NCBI GenBank assembly: GCA_043811535.1
Contig: JBDRNC010000031.1
Location: forward strand, 1-32,764
DNA length: 32,764 bases
Direction of reading: 5' to 3'
Source: Elusimicrobiota bacterium
GTDB lineage: Bacteria; Elusimicrobiota; Endomicrobiia; Endomicrobiales; JBDRNC01
Shown: positions 1 to 8,987 of the stretch, in pieces
How the letters are laid out: each line of letters begins with the position of its first letter
Position numbering within the stretch: the first letter of the stretch is position 1
The notes under the pieces: generated by a model
Told to the model about the DNA's origin: nothing
The model's input: the letters and a program-made list of their open reading frames with translations, nothing else
Database searches by the model: none
Made by a program: the position numbers and the translations under genes

Positions 1-160
1 CGCAAAGCGTGCGTAAAAGCGTGCGTATTTCCGCATTGAAATATCAATATATTTTAACAATACGCACGCCCCCGTGCGCATTTTGCGCACGCGCGACAAA
101 CCTTATTGCACTTTAATCGAAGTACCCGATATGGTAATGCGCGCGTTAATGCACGCTTTC

Positions 161-196
161 AAAAACACCAATACCATATCGAAGGTGTTTTTTTTT
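161..196 (+). terminator. Possible intrinsic terminator
   Basis: AAAAACACC (161-169) pairs with GGTGTTTTT (184-192), followed by a T run. The stem is weak and the loop is large. Confidence 0.3.
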
Positions 197-206
197 AAGT
201 TTTTTT

Positions 207-308
207 TGCGATGGGCGACCCCGTAAAAGAGCTTCGCCCTCACGGGGCGAGACTGAAGGAGGAGCAATATCCCGTAGGGATATTATACCCGCAGGGTATT
301 CATCGCAA
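207..308. repeat. Multi-hairpin palindromic element
   Basis: TTGCGATG...CATCGCAA closing stem encloses CCCCGT/ACGGGG, AATATCCCGTAGGGATATT and ATACCCGCAGGGTAT hairpins. Confidence 0.5.
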
Positions 309-420
309 CACACCCACCACCACCGATACCACCTACGACGAGTCCTACGGCCACGTCGTAGGTGAATTATGTAAGCGACGAAGCAATCCGAAAAAGACGT
401 GTTGGCGACGACTTGGGCTG

Positions 421-695
421 GGTGTAGCGTCCCGGTCACAGGTTAGTTAATGGCTGAGATATTTTTGGAATGGCTTCAAGGAATAAGGAGTGCGGCGTCC
501 ACCCCGGTGGACGTAAGCGACGAATGACGCAGAAGACAACCAAAAGAGCTCAGCCCTTCGGGAATGTTCATATTTCACCAATTTCTGCTTCACTTCTCCT
601 CAACGTGCCACTGTGGGCACGCCTTGTGTCGAAGTTCATTGAACTTGGCAAAATCTGAACATTCCATTAATAATCTGTGGCCGGGACGCTACACC
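421..695 (+). repeat. REPIN/MITE-like structured element with ~33-bp terminal inverted repeats and two inverted internal scaffold copies
   Basis: 421-453 GGTGTAGCGTCCCGGTCACAGGTTAGTTAATGG versus 664-695. The first 15 bp are perfect and the two substitutions are G-U compatible on the + strand. Internal stems CTGAG/CTCAG and GGAATGTTCA/TGAACATTCC. Confidence 0.65.
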
Positions 696-813
696 TGAAG
701 GAAGCCAACCCGAGCGAGGCTGCTATGCCGAGCGTACTTTTGAGGATTGGTTTCGGAGCGAATCGTGTCCCCTGAGAAAAGCTTCCCGAGCCGTTTTCAG
801 AGCCGGATTACAT

Positions 814-852
814 GCAGAGATTGCTTCGTCCCTTCGCTCCTCGCAATGACGG
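814..852 (-). repeat. REP-like GTCATTGCGAGGAGCGAAG..GAAGCAATC element
   Basis: Reverse complement reads CCGTCATTGCGAGGAGCGAAGGGACGAAGCAATCTCTGC, a widespread short interspersed motif. A partial match GCGACGAAGCAATCC lies at 375-389. Confidence 0.5.
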
Positions 853-861
853 CTTGAAATA

Positions 862-870
862 TGCTATAAT
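862..870 (+). promoter_or_regulatory. Extended -10 promoter for lipA, probably leaderless
   Basis: TGcTATAAT is followed 7 nt later by ATG 878. No Shine-Dalgarno sequence. Confidence 0.6.
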
Positions 871-877
871 ATTCAAT

Positions 878-1708
878 ATGAAAACGAAATTTGCTAAAAA
901 GCACATCAAGCTTTCCGACGTAACCGAAGTCCAGACAACTCTCCGGCAGGCCAAGCTGAATACCGTTTGCGAGAGCGCCAAGTGCCCGAACATCGGCGAG
1001 TGTTTCGGCAAGAAGATAGCGACATTCCTCATCGCCGGCGACACGTGCACGCGCCAATGCAAATTCTGCGCTATAAATAAAGGCAATCCGAAACCGCTGG
1101 ATCCCAAGGAGCCGGAACGCATCGCCAACACCATAAAGAATTTCGGCCTTAAATACGCCGTTATCACATCCGTCACGCGGGACGACCTCTACGACGGCGC
1201 CGCCGGGCATTTCTTTGAGACCGTGAAATCCATACGCGAGATATCTCCCGACACGAAAGTTGAAATACTCGTCCCGGATTTCAACGGAAACCAGGAAGCC
1301 GCCGAAATATCGTTCTCGTCAAACCCCGACGTTTTTTCGCATAATCTGGAAACGGTCGCGGGCCTTTACGATAAGGCCCGTAAAGGCGCGTGCTACAAAA
1401 GGTCTTTAAGCCTATTAACCTGGGCCAAGCAGAAAGGTCTGAGGACAAAATCCGGTATGATGCTGGGCCTGGGCGAAAAAGAAAGGGAAGTCCTAAAAGC
1501 TCTCAGGGACCTGAGAAAAACAGGTTGCGAGATGGTGACGCTCGGGCAGTACCTTGCTCCTTCGAAGAAACACCATCCTGTCGTAGAATATATCCAGCCG
1601 GATGTTTTTGAGTACTACAAAAAAGTCGCGCTTAAAATGGGATTCAGAAGCTGCTTAAGCGGCCCGTATGTCAGAAGTTCGTATCAGGCCGACCAGATGT
1701 TTGAATAA
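878..1708 (+). CDS. lipA: Lipoyl synthase
   Basis: CESAKCPNIGEC auxiliary-cluster motif, CTRQCKFC radical SAM motif, C-terminal RSSY. Start moved to 878 because 812-877 is repeat and promoter sequence. Confidence 0.95.
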   Translation: MKTKFAKKHIKLSDVTEVQTTLRQAKLNTVCESAKCPNIGECFGKKIATFLIAGDTCTRQCKFCAINKGNPKPLDPKEPERIANTIKNFGLKYAVITSVTRDDLYDGAAGHFFETVKSIREISPDTKVEILVPDFNGNQEAAEISFSSNPDVFSHNLETVAGLYDKARKGACYKRSLSLLTWAKQKGLRTKSGMMLGLGEKEREVLKALRDLRKTGCEMVTLGQYLAPSKKHHPVVEYIQPDVFEYYKKVALKMGFRSCLSGPYVRSSYQADQMFE

Positions 1709-1718
1709 CGGCAACGAC

Positions 1719-1848
1719 TGTGTAATGTTTAATGTGTAAAGTTTGATGAATTAAACACTACCATTATTACCGCCGTTTTCATTACACATAAAACATCCAA
1801 CATATGTTCTGCCTTCTTCATCGCACATTAAACATCCAACATTACACT
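1719..1848. repeat. Heptamer inverted-repeat element (AATGTGT/AACATCC family)
   Basis: Degenerate 7-mer tandems facing their complements. Related copy at 23769-23858. Confidence 0.6.
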
Positions 1849-1928
1849 TTGTTCTCTCCTCATTCTTGAAACTTTCCGCCGGTCTTGGTTGTCCAATTAA
1901 CAGAAGCTCAACAACATAGGAGGTAATT

Positions 1929-2480
1929 ATGAAAAAGTTTATTTGCTTTTGCGCGATCATTGTAATGGCTGCGGGCGCAGCGTTCGCTCAGATGGACGAG
2001 GACATGGAAGGTTGTCAGACGTTGGGCAATAACATGAATGACCATCCTATGAAGTGTGGTGTCAAAGGTTATTTTGGTAAAACGAAACGCGCAAAAAAGA
2101 GTCAAGGCCTGAAAGGGATGAATCAATCCATGAATGTGGAGAATTACCTTGGCCTGAAAACCGAGTTGGGTTTAACGGATACCCAGGTAACCCGGCTTGA
2201 AACAATTAAAACGGAGAGCCAGAAGACCAGTATCAAGAAACAGTCAGATATAAAGATAGCCGAAGTTGATCTCAAGGAACTTAAAAAGAAAGAACCCGTG
2301 GATTTCAAGGCTGTCAAGAAAATAACCAAGCAGATCTCTGCGCTCCGCGCGGAATCCGCCCTTGCGGCCATAGACGCCAAAGAAAATGCGTATAACGTTC
2401 TTACCGCTGATCAGAAGGAGAAACTGCCTGAAGTGTTAAAGGAAAAAAAGCAAAAAATGAAACAGAAGATGAAAGAATAA
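1929..2480 (+). CDS. Spy/CpxP-like periplasmic protein
   Basis: GGAGGT RBS, signal peptide (AFA), Met/Gly/Lys-rich linker, LGLTDTQ and VLTADQ LTxxQ motifs. Confidence 0.8.
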   Translation: MKKFICFCAIIVMAAGAAFAQMDEDMEGCQTLGNNMNDHPMKCGVKGYFGKTKRAKKSQGLKGMNQSMNVENYLGLKTELGLTDTQVTRLETIKTESQKTSIKKQSDIKIAEVDLKELKKKEPVDFKAVKKITKQISALRAESALAAIDAKENAYNVLTADQKEKLPEVLKEKKQKMKQKMKE

Positions 2481-2496
2481 AAGAAACAATAAATAC

Positions 2497-2575
2497 AGTT
2501 CGTGGTTCACAGTTCTTAGTTCGAAGTTAATAACAAAGACTTTACCATGAACTCCCGACTACGAACTCTGAACTA
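2497..2575. repeat. Heptamer inverted-repeat element (AGTTCGT/GAACTCT family)
   Basis: agttcgt ggttcac agttctt agttcga ... gaactcc cgactac gaactct gaact. Confidence 0.55.
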
Positions 2576-2665
2576 ATACTACGCCCCCTCACCTTAATCT
2601 TCTTCCGTAAACGGAGAGGAAAAGGGTGGGGGGATTTTTTGCCCGTATTTTCGGCTAAAATGGGT

Positions 2666-2694
2666 TTGATTTATCATGTAGATTTTGTTAGAAT
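2666..2694 (+). promoter_or_regulatory. Sigma70-type promoter for alaS, probably leaderless
   Basis: TTGATT-17 bp-TAGAAT with TG extension. ATG 2702 lies 7 nt downstream with no SD. Confidence 0.6.
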
Positions 2695-2701
2695 TATCGT
2701 C

Positions 2702-5332
2702 ATGAAGTCAAACGAAATCAGACAGAATTTTCTTAAGTTTTTTGAAAAGAACGGGCATAAGGTCGTTCAATCGGACTCGCTCATTCCGTCCGGCGACCCC
2801 ACTCTTCTTTTCTCATCCGCGGGAATGGTCCAGTTCAAGAAACACTTTCTCGGCCAGGCAAAGGATTCGTACAAGAGAGCGGCATCCTGCCAGAAATGCT
2901 TCAGGACGTCCGATATAGACAGGGTGGGTTTTACCAGCCGGCACCTGACCTTCTTTGAGATGCTCGGGAATTTTTCTTTCGGCGATTATTTCAAAAAAGA
3001 CGCCATCGCATGGGCATGGGAATTCCTCACGAAAGACATGGCCCTGCCCAAGGACAAACTGTACCCGACGGTATACAAGGACGACGATGAGGCTTTTGAC
3101 CTCTGGAAAAAGACAGCGCCGGAATCAAACGTCATGCGCCTCGGCGAAGAGACGAATTTCTGGAACATGGGGCCTACCGGGCCCTGCGGCCCCTGCTCCG
3201 AGATATATCTGGACCTGGGGCCCGAGATGGGCTGCGGAAATAAGGAGTGCGCGCCGGGCTGCGACTGCGACAGGTATATAGAGATATGGAACCTGGTTTT
3301 CACGCAGTTTGACAGGCAGGAAGACGGCTCGCTCAAAAACCTTCCGTACAAGAATATAGACACCGGCATGGGATTTGAACGCCTTGTCGCGGCGGTCAAC
3401 GGAAAGAAAAGCTTCTTTGACACCGACTTGTTCAAGCCGCTGATCGGCGGAATCTCGGATATCCTGGAAATCGACGAAAAAAAGAGCCGGAAAGAACTGC
3501 GCATGATGGCCGACCACTCGCGCGCGGTAACGATGCTCATATCGGACGGCGTGCTTCCTTCCAACGAGGGAAGGGGCTACGTGCTGCGCAGGATACTGCG
3601 CAGAGCTGTGAGGCAGGGAAAACTGTTCGGAGCGTCCGAGCCTTTCCTCTACAAGTTCACCGCGGAAACGGCTGAAATAATGAAGGGCGCATATCCCGAA
3701 CTAGAGCAAAGACGCGAGAACATAGCCGGCATAACAAAGATGGAAGAGGAAAAATTCCTTGAAACGCTCGAAGCGGGCTCCAAAATACTCGATGACCTGA
3801 TAAAGAAATGCAAGGCCGGAACGGGCAAGACAAAGATTATTCCCGGCGGCGAAGTCTTCAAATTATACGACACTTACGGTTTTCCGCAGGACCTGACAAA
3901 GGAAATCGCGAAAGAACACGGATTAGGCATTGATGAGGAAGGTTTTATGGCTTCGCAAAAAGAAGCGCAGGAAAAATCAAGGGCCGCTTGGTCCGGCTCC
4001 GGCGAAAAGGACATCACTTTCTATTCCAAACTTCACAAGGAGACCGGCGACATCCTGTTTACGGGTTATGAATCGCTGGCTTCCTCGGCAACCGTCAAGG
4101 CATTAATAAAAGGAAACGAGAAGGTTAACGCGCTTAACGCCGGCGAAGAAGGCAAGGTTATTCTCAACGAAACACCGTTTTACGCTGAATCCGGCGGACA
4201 GGTGGGAGACACGGGACAGCTTGAAGCTGGAAGCGGGAAGGTTGAAGTAAACAACGTATATAAACCCGTTGACGGATTGTTTGTGCATCAGATAAAAGTT
4301 TTATCCGGTAAAATATCGGCCGGCGACAAGGTTGAGGCGAAAGTGGACGCGCAGAGAAGACACGACATCATGCGGCACCACACCGCCACGCATTTACTGC
4401 ACAGGGCGCTGAGGCAGGTACTCGGCACGCACGTCACGCAGGCCGGTTCCCTTGTGACCCCCGACAATCTGCGTTTTGATTTCACTCATCTGGCCGCGAT
4501 GAAGCCTGAGGATATAGAGGCCGTTGAGCAGATAGTCAACAAGGCCGCGAGGGACAACATGCAGGTTTGCATAGCCCTTATGAAGCTGGACGAGGCAAGA
4601 AAACACGGCGCGATGGCGCTTTTCGGCGAAAAATACGGCGAAAAAGTCCGCGCGGTCTCCGTTATGAAAAAAGAGGGCGACGAGAAGTTTTCCATGGAGC
4701 TCTGCGGGGGAACGCATGTATCGTTCACCGGCGACATCGGTTTTTTCAAGATAGTATCAGAATCTTCGATAGCGTCGGGTGTCCGCAGGATTGAAGCCGT
4801 CGCCGGAGGGGCCGCGGAGAAGCACGTGCGCTCCAAGGAACGGATCCTGCAGGATCTCGCGGCGAAGATGAAGGTCTCCCAGCAGGAAATGCCCCAGCGG
4901 CTTGAAAAGCTGCTCCAGCAGGAAAAGGTTCTCGAAAAAGAGATATCGAAACTTAAAAGCCAGCTCGCGTCGGGCGGCATGGATGATATGCTCAAGAACA
5001 TCCGCGACGTTGACGGAATTAAACTGCTTGTATCAAAAACCCCCGACGCCGATGTAAAATCGCTAAGGTCTCTTGTGGATGGTTTAACGCAAAAACTTGG
5101 GAATAATTCAATAATAATAATCGCAGGCGCCGCGGAAGATAAGATATCCTTTATCGTTTCGGTTGCCGAGGACCTTGTAAAGACCGGATATAACGCCGGG
5201 AAGATCGCCAAGTCCTTGTCCGCGATGATAGGCGGATCCGGCGGCGGAAAGCCTGATTTCGCGCAGGGCGGGGGAAAAGACCCGTCCAAACTCGATGAGG
5301 CGCTCAATAAGATAGCAGGAATGTTAAAATAA
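2702..5332 (+). CDS. alaS: Alanine--tRNA ligase
   Basis: MKSNEIRQ..FF start, DPTLLF..AGM, FFEMLGNFSFGDYFK, HTATH and ELCGGTH editing motifs, GGGKPDFAQGGG C-terminus. Confidence 0.98.
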   Translation: MKSNEIRQNFLKFFEKNGHKVVQSDSLIPSGDPTLLFSSAGMVQFKKHFLGQAKDSYKRAASCQKCFRTSDIDRVGFTSRHLTFFEMLGNFSFGDYFKKDAIAWAWEFLTKDMALPKDKLYPTVYKDDDEAFDLWKKTAPESNVMRLGEETNFWNMGPTGPCGPCSEIYLDLGPEMGCGNKECAPGCDCDRYIEIWNLVFTQFDRQEDGSLKNLPYKNIDTGMGFERLVAAVNGKKSFFDTDLFKPLIGGISDILEIDEKKSRKELRMMADHSRAVTMLISDGVLPSNEGRGYVLRRILRRAVRQGKLFGASEPFLYKFTAETAEIMKGAYPELEQRRENIAGITKMEEEKFLETLEAGSKILDDLIKKCKAGTGKTKIIPGGEVFKLYDTYGFPQDLTKEIAKEHGLGIDEEGFMASQKEAQEKSRAAWSGSGEKDITFYSKLHKETGDILFTGYESLASSATVKALIKGNEKVNALNAGEEGKVILNETPFYAESGGQVGDTGQLEAGSGKVEVNNVYKPVDGLFVHQIKVLSGKISAGDKVEAKVDAQRRHDIMRHHTATHLLHRALRQVLGTHVTQAGSLVTPDNLRFDFTHLAAMKPEDIEAVEQIVNKAARDNMQVCIALMKLDEARKHGAMALFGEKYGEKVRAVSVMKKEGDEKFSMELCGGTHVSFTGDIGFFKIVSESSIASGVRRIEAVAGGAAEKHVRSKERILQDLAAKMKVSQQEMPQRLEKLLQQEKVLEKEISKLKSQLASGGMDDMLKNIRDVDGIKLLVSKTPDADVKSLRSLVDGLTQKLGNNSIIIIAGAAEDKISFIVSVAEDLVKTGYNAGKIAKSLSAMIGGSGGGKPDFAQGGGKDPSKLDEALNKIAGMLK

Positions 5333-5411
5333 ATAATGAAAGGAAGTATTAACCGTCCCATAAGCGGGATTTCGCGATAAGATAATTAAAAAAGTATTTA
5401 GGAGTCGGTGT

Positions 5412-5526
5412 CAATCCACCTGCGCTGACATGTTGACAATAGACACGGCTATTCGCCGTATTGTCAACATAGCTTCGGTGGATTTCGCATAAAGCAATCT
5501 AATAAAAACACTTGAGGTGCTCAATG
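5412..5526 (+). repeat. ~115-bp hairpin element ending in RBS+ATG, copy 1
   Basis: Near-identical to 7938-8053. Long hairpin ATGTTGACAATA...TATTGTCAACAT, ending GAGGTGCTCAATG. Confidence 0.85.
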
Positions 5527-5778
5527 TTCGATAAACTGAAAGAACTGAAAAAGCTGAAGGACCTGCATGACGCGATGTCAAAGGAAAAGCTGGAAAACGA
5601 GAAAGACGGCATTAAGATAGTGATGAACGGCAAAATGGAAGTGGAATCAGTCACTCTCAACCCGTCTCTTGACAAGGAAAGACAGGAAAAGGCGCTCAAA
5701 GAGCTCATAAACGACACGATACGCAAGATACAGATGTCCATGGCGCAGAAGATGGGCGGACTTAAAGGGCTGATGTAG
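5524..5778 (+). CDS. ybaB: YbaB/EbfC family nucleoid-associated protein
   Basis: 84 aa, GIKIVMNGKMEVESVTLNP pattern, Met/Gly-rich tail, GAGGTG RBS. Confidence 0.8.
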   Translation: MFDKLKELKKLKDLHDAMSKEKLENEKDGIKIVMNGKMEVESVTLNPSLDKERQEKALKELINDTIRKIQMSMAQKMGGLKGLM

Positions 5779-5867
5779 AAGCAATTACAAATTACAGATT
5801 TCAGATTACAAATTAAAGGGATAAATATTTGCAGTAGTTCTTTGATTTGTCGTAAATTTTCTCGTAC

Positions 5868-6031
5868 TGTGTTGCCTTCGCCACCTGAATTCGTAGCGAG
5901 GAAACGGAATTCGAGCCGAACCAAGGAATCTGAGCCGCTGCGTATTCACAGAACTACGTTAGGCGAAGATGACGCCGGTGCAGGCCAAATTCCGTTTCCG
6001 CAGCAGAATGTAAGGTGGCGAAGGCAACACA
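5868..6031 (+). repeat. Long hairpin element immediately 5' of tRNA-Arg
   Basis: Perfect 19-bp IR (5868-5886 / 6013-6031), inner GGAAACGGAATT/AATTCCGTTTCC stem, and the CAAGGAAT..GCGT..ACGT..ATGACGC scaffold. Confidence 0.7.
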
Positions 6032-6033
6032 AT

Positions 6034-6106
6034 GCGCTCGTAGCTCAATTGGATAGAGTACTGGCCTCCGAAGCCAGTTGTCCCGGTTCAACTCCGGGCG
6101 AGCGCG
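6034..6106 (+). tRNA. tRNA-Arg(CCG), CCA not encoded
   Basis: GCGCTCG/CGAGCGC acceptor stem, D arm GCTC-AATTGGATA-GAGT, anticodon arm CTGGC-CTCCGAA-GCCAG, T loop TTCAACT. Confidence 0.95.
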
Positions 6107-6396
6107 TTTACGTTCGGAACGTTTTCACGAAAAACGTCCTCGCAGCACTCGGACTCCCGAACGAGATCCTCATGGAAGCACAAGTCGGACTCGTTAGGGT
6201 TTTCTAAGAAAACATTCCTCACTTGCGGGGTTTAAAACAAGGAAGTCGTTGCACACATACTTCCTCGTAAACTTATCCTTCGCTTCCTATTAAAGACAAA
6301 AACGACATTGAACAGACGCTTTTCTCGAAAATGTTCCTTACTTGTAGTTTGTATTTAGTAATCTTTCAATCTTTCCAATTTTTGTAATCTTTTATT

Positions 6397-6858
6397 ATGT
6401 CTCTGATTATAGGCGTTATCGGCGGGAGCGAGTGCAGCAAGGAAATTGAAAAGCTCGCGTATGAGACCGGCAAGGCGATTGCCGAGGCCGGTTTCGCGCT
6501 TGTATGCGGCGGGATGTCGGGCGTCATGCAAGCCGCGTGCAAGGGGGCAAAAGACGCGGGCGGTTTGACAATCGGTATTCTTCCCGGCAAAAACAAGGCG
6601 GAAGCGAATGAGTTTGTTGATATCCCTATCGTGACCGCAATGTCGCACGCGAGGAACGCTGTCATCGTAAGGACGGCTGACGCGCTTATAGCGGTCGGCG
6701 GCAGATACGGCACGCTTTCGGAAATCGGCCTGGCTAAATCCATAGACAAGCCGGTTTTCGGCCTTAAAACCTGGGACATCGACGGCGTCATAAAGGTCAA
6801 CACCCCCGCAGAAGCAATCAAAGCCGTTAAAAAGTCTTTACGAGATACTAAATACTAG
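6397..6858 (+). CDS. TIGR00725/LOG-family (SLOG fold) protein
   Basis: IGVIGG, LVCGGMSGVMQA, GGLTIGILPG, ARN, GGRYGTLSEI motifs. Confidence 0.9.
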   Translation: MSLIIGVIGGSECSKEIEKLAYETGKAIAEAGFALVCGGMSGVMQAACKGAKDAGGLTIGILPGKNKAEANEFVDIPIVTAMSHARNAVIVRTADALIAVGGRYGTLSEIGLAKSIDKPVFGLKTWDIDGVIKVNTPAEAIKAVKKSLRDTKY

Positions 6859-6874
6859 ATACTGCCGTTAAAAT

Positions 6875-7321
6875 ATGAAAGCAATTCTTCAGCGCGTCAC
6901 CGAAGCAAAAGTTAAAATTAATAACGGTGAAACCAGATCTATCGGTAAGGGCCTTGTCATACTGCTGGGTGTGGGGGTAAACGACGCGGAAAAGGACGCC
7001 GAGAAGCTCGCGGAAAAGATAGTAAATCTGCGGATATTTCCGAATGAAGAAGGGAAATTCGACAAGTGCCTGCTTGATATCTGCGGGGAAGCGCTGGTCG
7101 TATCGCAGTTCACCTTGTACGGCGATTGCGAAAAAGGAAGGCGGCCCGATTTCACAAAGGCCGCGCGTCCGGAAAAGGCCGTCCCGCTCTACGAGCGTTT
7201 CATAAAATGCCTAAAAGAATTCAAGGTAAAAACGGAAACAGGCGAGTTTGCGGCTGATATGATGGTTGAGATACACAACGACGGGCCGGTCACAATATCT
7301 CTTGATTCAAATGATATATAG
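6875..7321 (+). CDS. dtd: D-aminoacyl-tRNA deacylase
   Basis: MKAILQRV start, SQFTL, GRRPDF, NDGPVT signatures. Confidence 0.97.
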   Translation: MKAILQRVTEAKVKINNGETRSIGKGLVILLGVGVNDAEKDAEKLAEKIVNLRIFPNEEGKFDKCLLDICGEALVVSQFTLYGDCEKGRRPDFTKAARPEKAVPLYERFIKCLKEFKVKTETGEFAADMMVEIHNDGPVTISLDSNDI

Positions 7322-7342
7322 CCCGCTGCGCGGGAAATTCTA

Positions 7343-7825
7343 ATGGTCAAATGTCAAATGACAAAATATTTTCTTTCGTTCCTCGCAATTATGATTTGTT
7401 CTTTTTCTGTAATACTGTCAGCGGAATCCGAGTTCGGGGCAGGGGTCGGGTTTTCGCCGTGGGACGGTTCATACTACCAGAAAAAGGACCGGACGGCGGT
7501 CCCGGACAAATTCATAAGGGCAGCCGCGATACATTTCGGTATTTCCGAAACGGACCTTGCGAAACTCTGGTACCGCGGTTACGGAAGGAACGAACTAATC
7601 AAGGTCATTCTTATAAGCCGCGACGCCAAACAAGAACTGAAAGATGTGGTAAAACTGCGCGACAAGAACATGAAATACGCGAAGATTGCCGAAAAATATA
7701 CTCTTGATTACTACAAATTCACGGCGGACGCCGAATCCGCCCGGAAAGAGATCGATTACGAGGTTTCAGTTTCAACTTACACTATAGAAATATCAACTGT
7801 GACGGAGAAATCAAAAACACATTAG
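7343..7825 (+). CDS. Hypothetical exported protein
   Basis: N-terminal hydrophobic signal-like segment and helical body. Alternative start at 7358. Confidence 0.7.
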   Translation: MVKCQMTKYFLSFLAIMICSFSVILSAESEFGAGVGFSPWDGSYYQKKDRTAVPDKFIRAAAIHFGISETDLAKLWYRGYGRNELIKVILISRDAKQELKDVVKLRDKNMKYAKIAEKYTLDYYKFTADAESARKEIDYEVSVSTYTIEISTVTEKSKTH

Positions 7826-7839
7826 TTTAGTTTTTTGAC

Positions 7840-7917
7840 TCCCCTCTTTAATAAAGAGGGGAAGGGGAGATTTTATAAATGACAAATCCCCCTGTATCCC
7901 CCTTTACAAAGGGGGAA
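7840..7917. repeat. REP-like palindrome cluster (CCCCTCTTT..AAAGAGGGG / CCCCCTTT..AAAGGGGG)
   Basis: Two adjacent GC-clamped hairpins, possibly acting as a terminator. Confidence 0.6.
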
Positions 7918-7937
7918 TGTAATATATAAGAGGTTAC

Positions 7938-8053
7938 CAATCCACCTACGCTGACATGTTGACAATAGACACGGCTATTCGCCGTATTGTCAACATAGCT
8001 TCGGCGGATTTCGCGATGGGACAATTTAATATAAACACTAGAGGTGCTCAATG
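7938..8053 (+). repeat. ~115-bp hairpin element ending in RBS+ATG, copy 2
   Basis: Matches 5412-5526 with 2 substitutions over the first ~77 bp. Ends GAGGTGCTCAATG, the sppA start. Confidence 0.85.
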
Positions 8054-8983
8054 ACCAAGAAACTGCTTTACGTGCTTATCGGAGTGTACGCGCTGGGTTT
8101 CATGTGCGGGCTGTTCCTGATTCTCAGGCAGGCGCCCGCCGTCAAGCCGCGCATGAAGATGCCTTTAATGCAGATGAACAAGGATGCCGTCGCCGTGATA
8201 CAGATCTACGGGCCTATTTACATCAAAGAACGTTCCAGTTACGGTTTCTCCGCCAACGATTCCGACAGGATAGTCAAGCGTCTCCGCAAAATCAGCCGGA
8301 AAGGCGACGTGAAAGCCGTGGTGCTCCGCATCAATTCTCCCGGCGGCAGCGTCGCCGCGGTGCAGGAGATATGCAAGGAGATAGACAACCTGAAACTGAA
8401 TAAAATAGTCGTCGTGGCATCGTTAGGGGACGTCGCGGCTTCGGGAGGGTATTATATCGCCAGCCAGGCCGATAAGATAATCGCCTCGCCGGGCACGCTC
8501 ACGGGATCGATAGGCGTAATACTCCAGCTGGCCAACGTCCAGGAATTGTTCAAGAAAATCGGCGTGAAGATGGAAACTGTGCGTTCCGGAAAGTACAAGG
8601 ACATCGGCTCGTCATACCGCGAGTTAAGCCCTGAGGAAAGACAGATCTTCCAGAAACTGACCGACGACGCGTATTCGCAGTTCGTCGCGGCCGTTGAAAC
8701 CGGAAGGAAGTTCACGCACGAAAAGGCGCTGGAACTTGCCGATGGAAGGATTTACACGGGAACGCAGGCGAAAGAGCTCGGAATGCTGGACGATTTTGGG
8801 AATAGCGAGGACGCTATAGCGATTGCCGCCCAGGCGGCGGGCATAACAGGAACACCAAGGATCATCGGCGACAGCGAGCCGTGGGAAGATTTTTTCGGGA
8901 TATTCGGAGAAAGAAGCGAGATCATGATGATGTCGGACCTGCTCGCGAAACGCAAGGTCCGGCTTGATTACATGATGGAGTGA
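8051..8983 (+). CDS. sppA: Signal peptide peptidase SppA (S49, short form)
   Basis: LRINSPGGS, AASGGYYIA, TLTGSIGV, SGKYKD, ADGRIYTG motifs. N-terminal TM. Confidence 0.95.
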   Translation: MTKKLLYVLIGVYALGFMCGLFLILRQAPAVKPRMKMPLMQMNKDAVAVIQIYGPIYIKERSSYGFSANDSDRIVKRLRKISRKGDVKAVVLRINSPGGSVAAVQEICKEIDNLKLNKIVVVASLGDVAASGGYYIASQADKIIASPGTLTGSIGVILQLANVQELFKKIGVKMETVRSGKYKDIGSSYRELSPEERQIFQKLTDDAYSQFVAAVETGRKFTHEKALELADGRIYTGTQAKELGMLDDFGNSEDAIAIAAQAAGITGTPRIIGDSEPWEDFFGIFGERSEIMMMSDLLAKRKVRLDYMME

Positions 8984-8987
8984 TAAC

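Noticed and set aside
146..658. ORFs 146-439(-), 211-450(+) and 470-658(+)
   Set aside because: They overlap palindromic repeats and show no recognisable protein features.
200..810. Possible tmRNA, RNase P RNA, SRP RNA or intron in the structured region
   Set aside because: I found no diagnostic motifs (tRNA-like ends, GGAAAGTCC, etc.). It is better explained as clustered repeats, although an Rfam scan was not possible.
4486..5361. Long antisense ORF (and similar shadow ORFs elsewhere)
   Set aside because: Antisense shadows of well-supported genes, caused by codon bias.
5842..6207. 121-aa ORF
   Set aside because: It spans the hairpin element and tRNA-Arg, so it is spurious.
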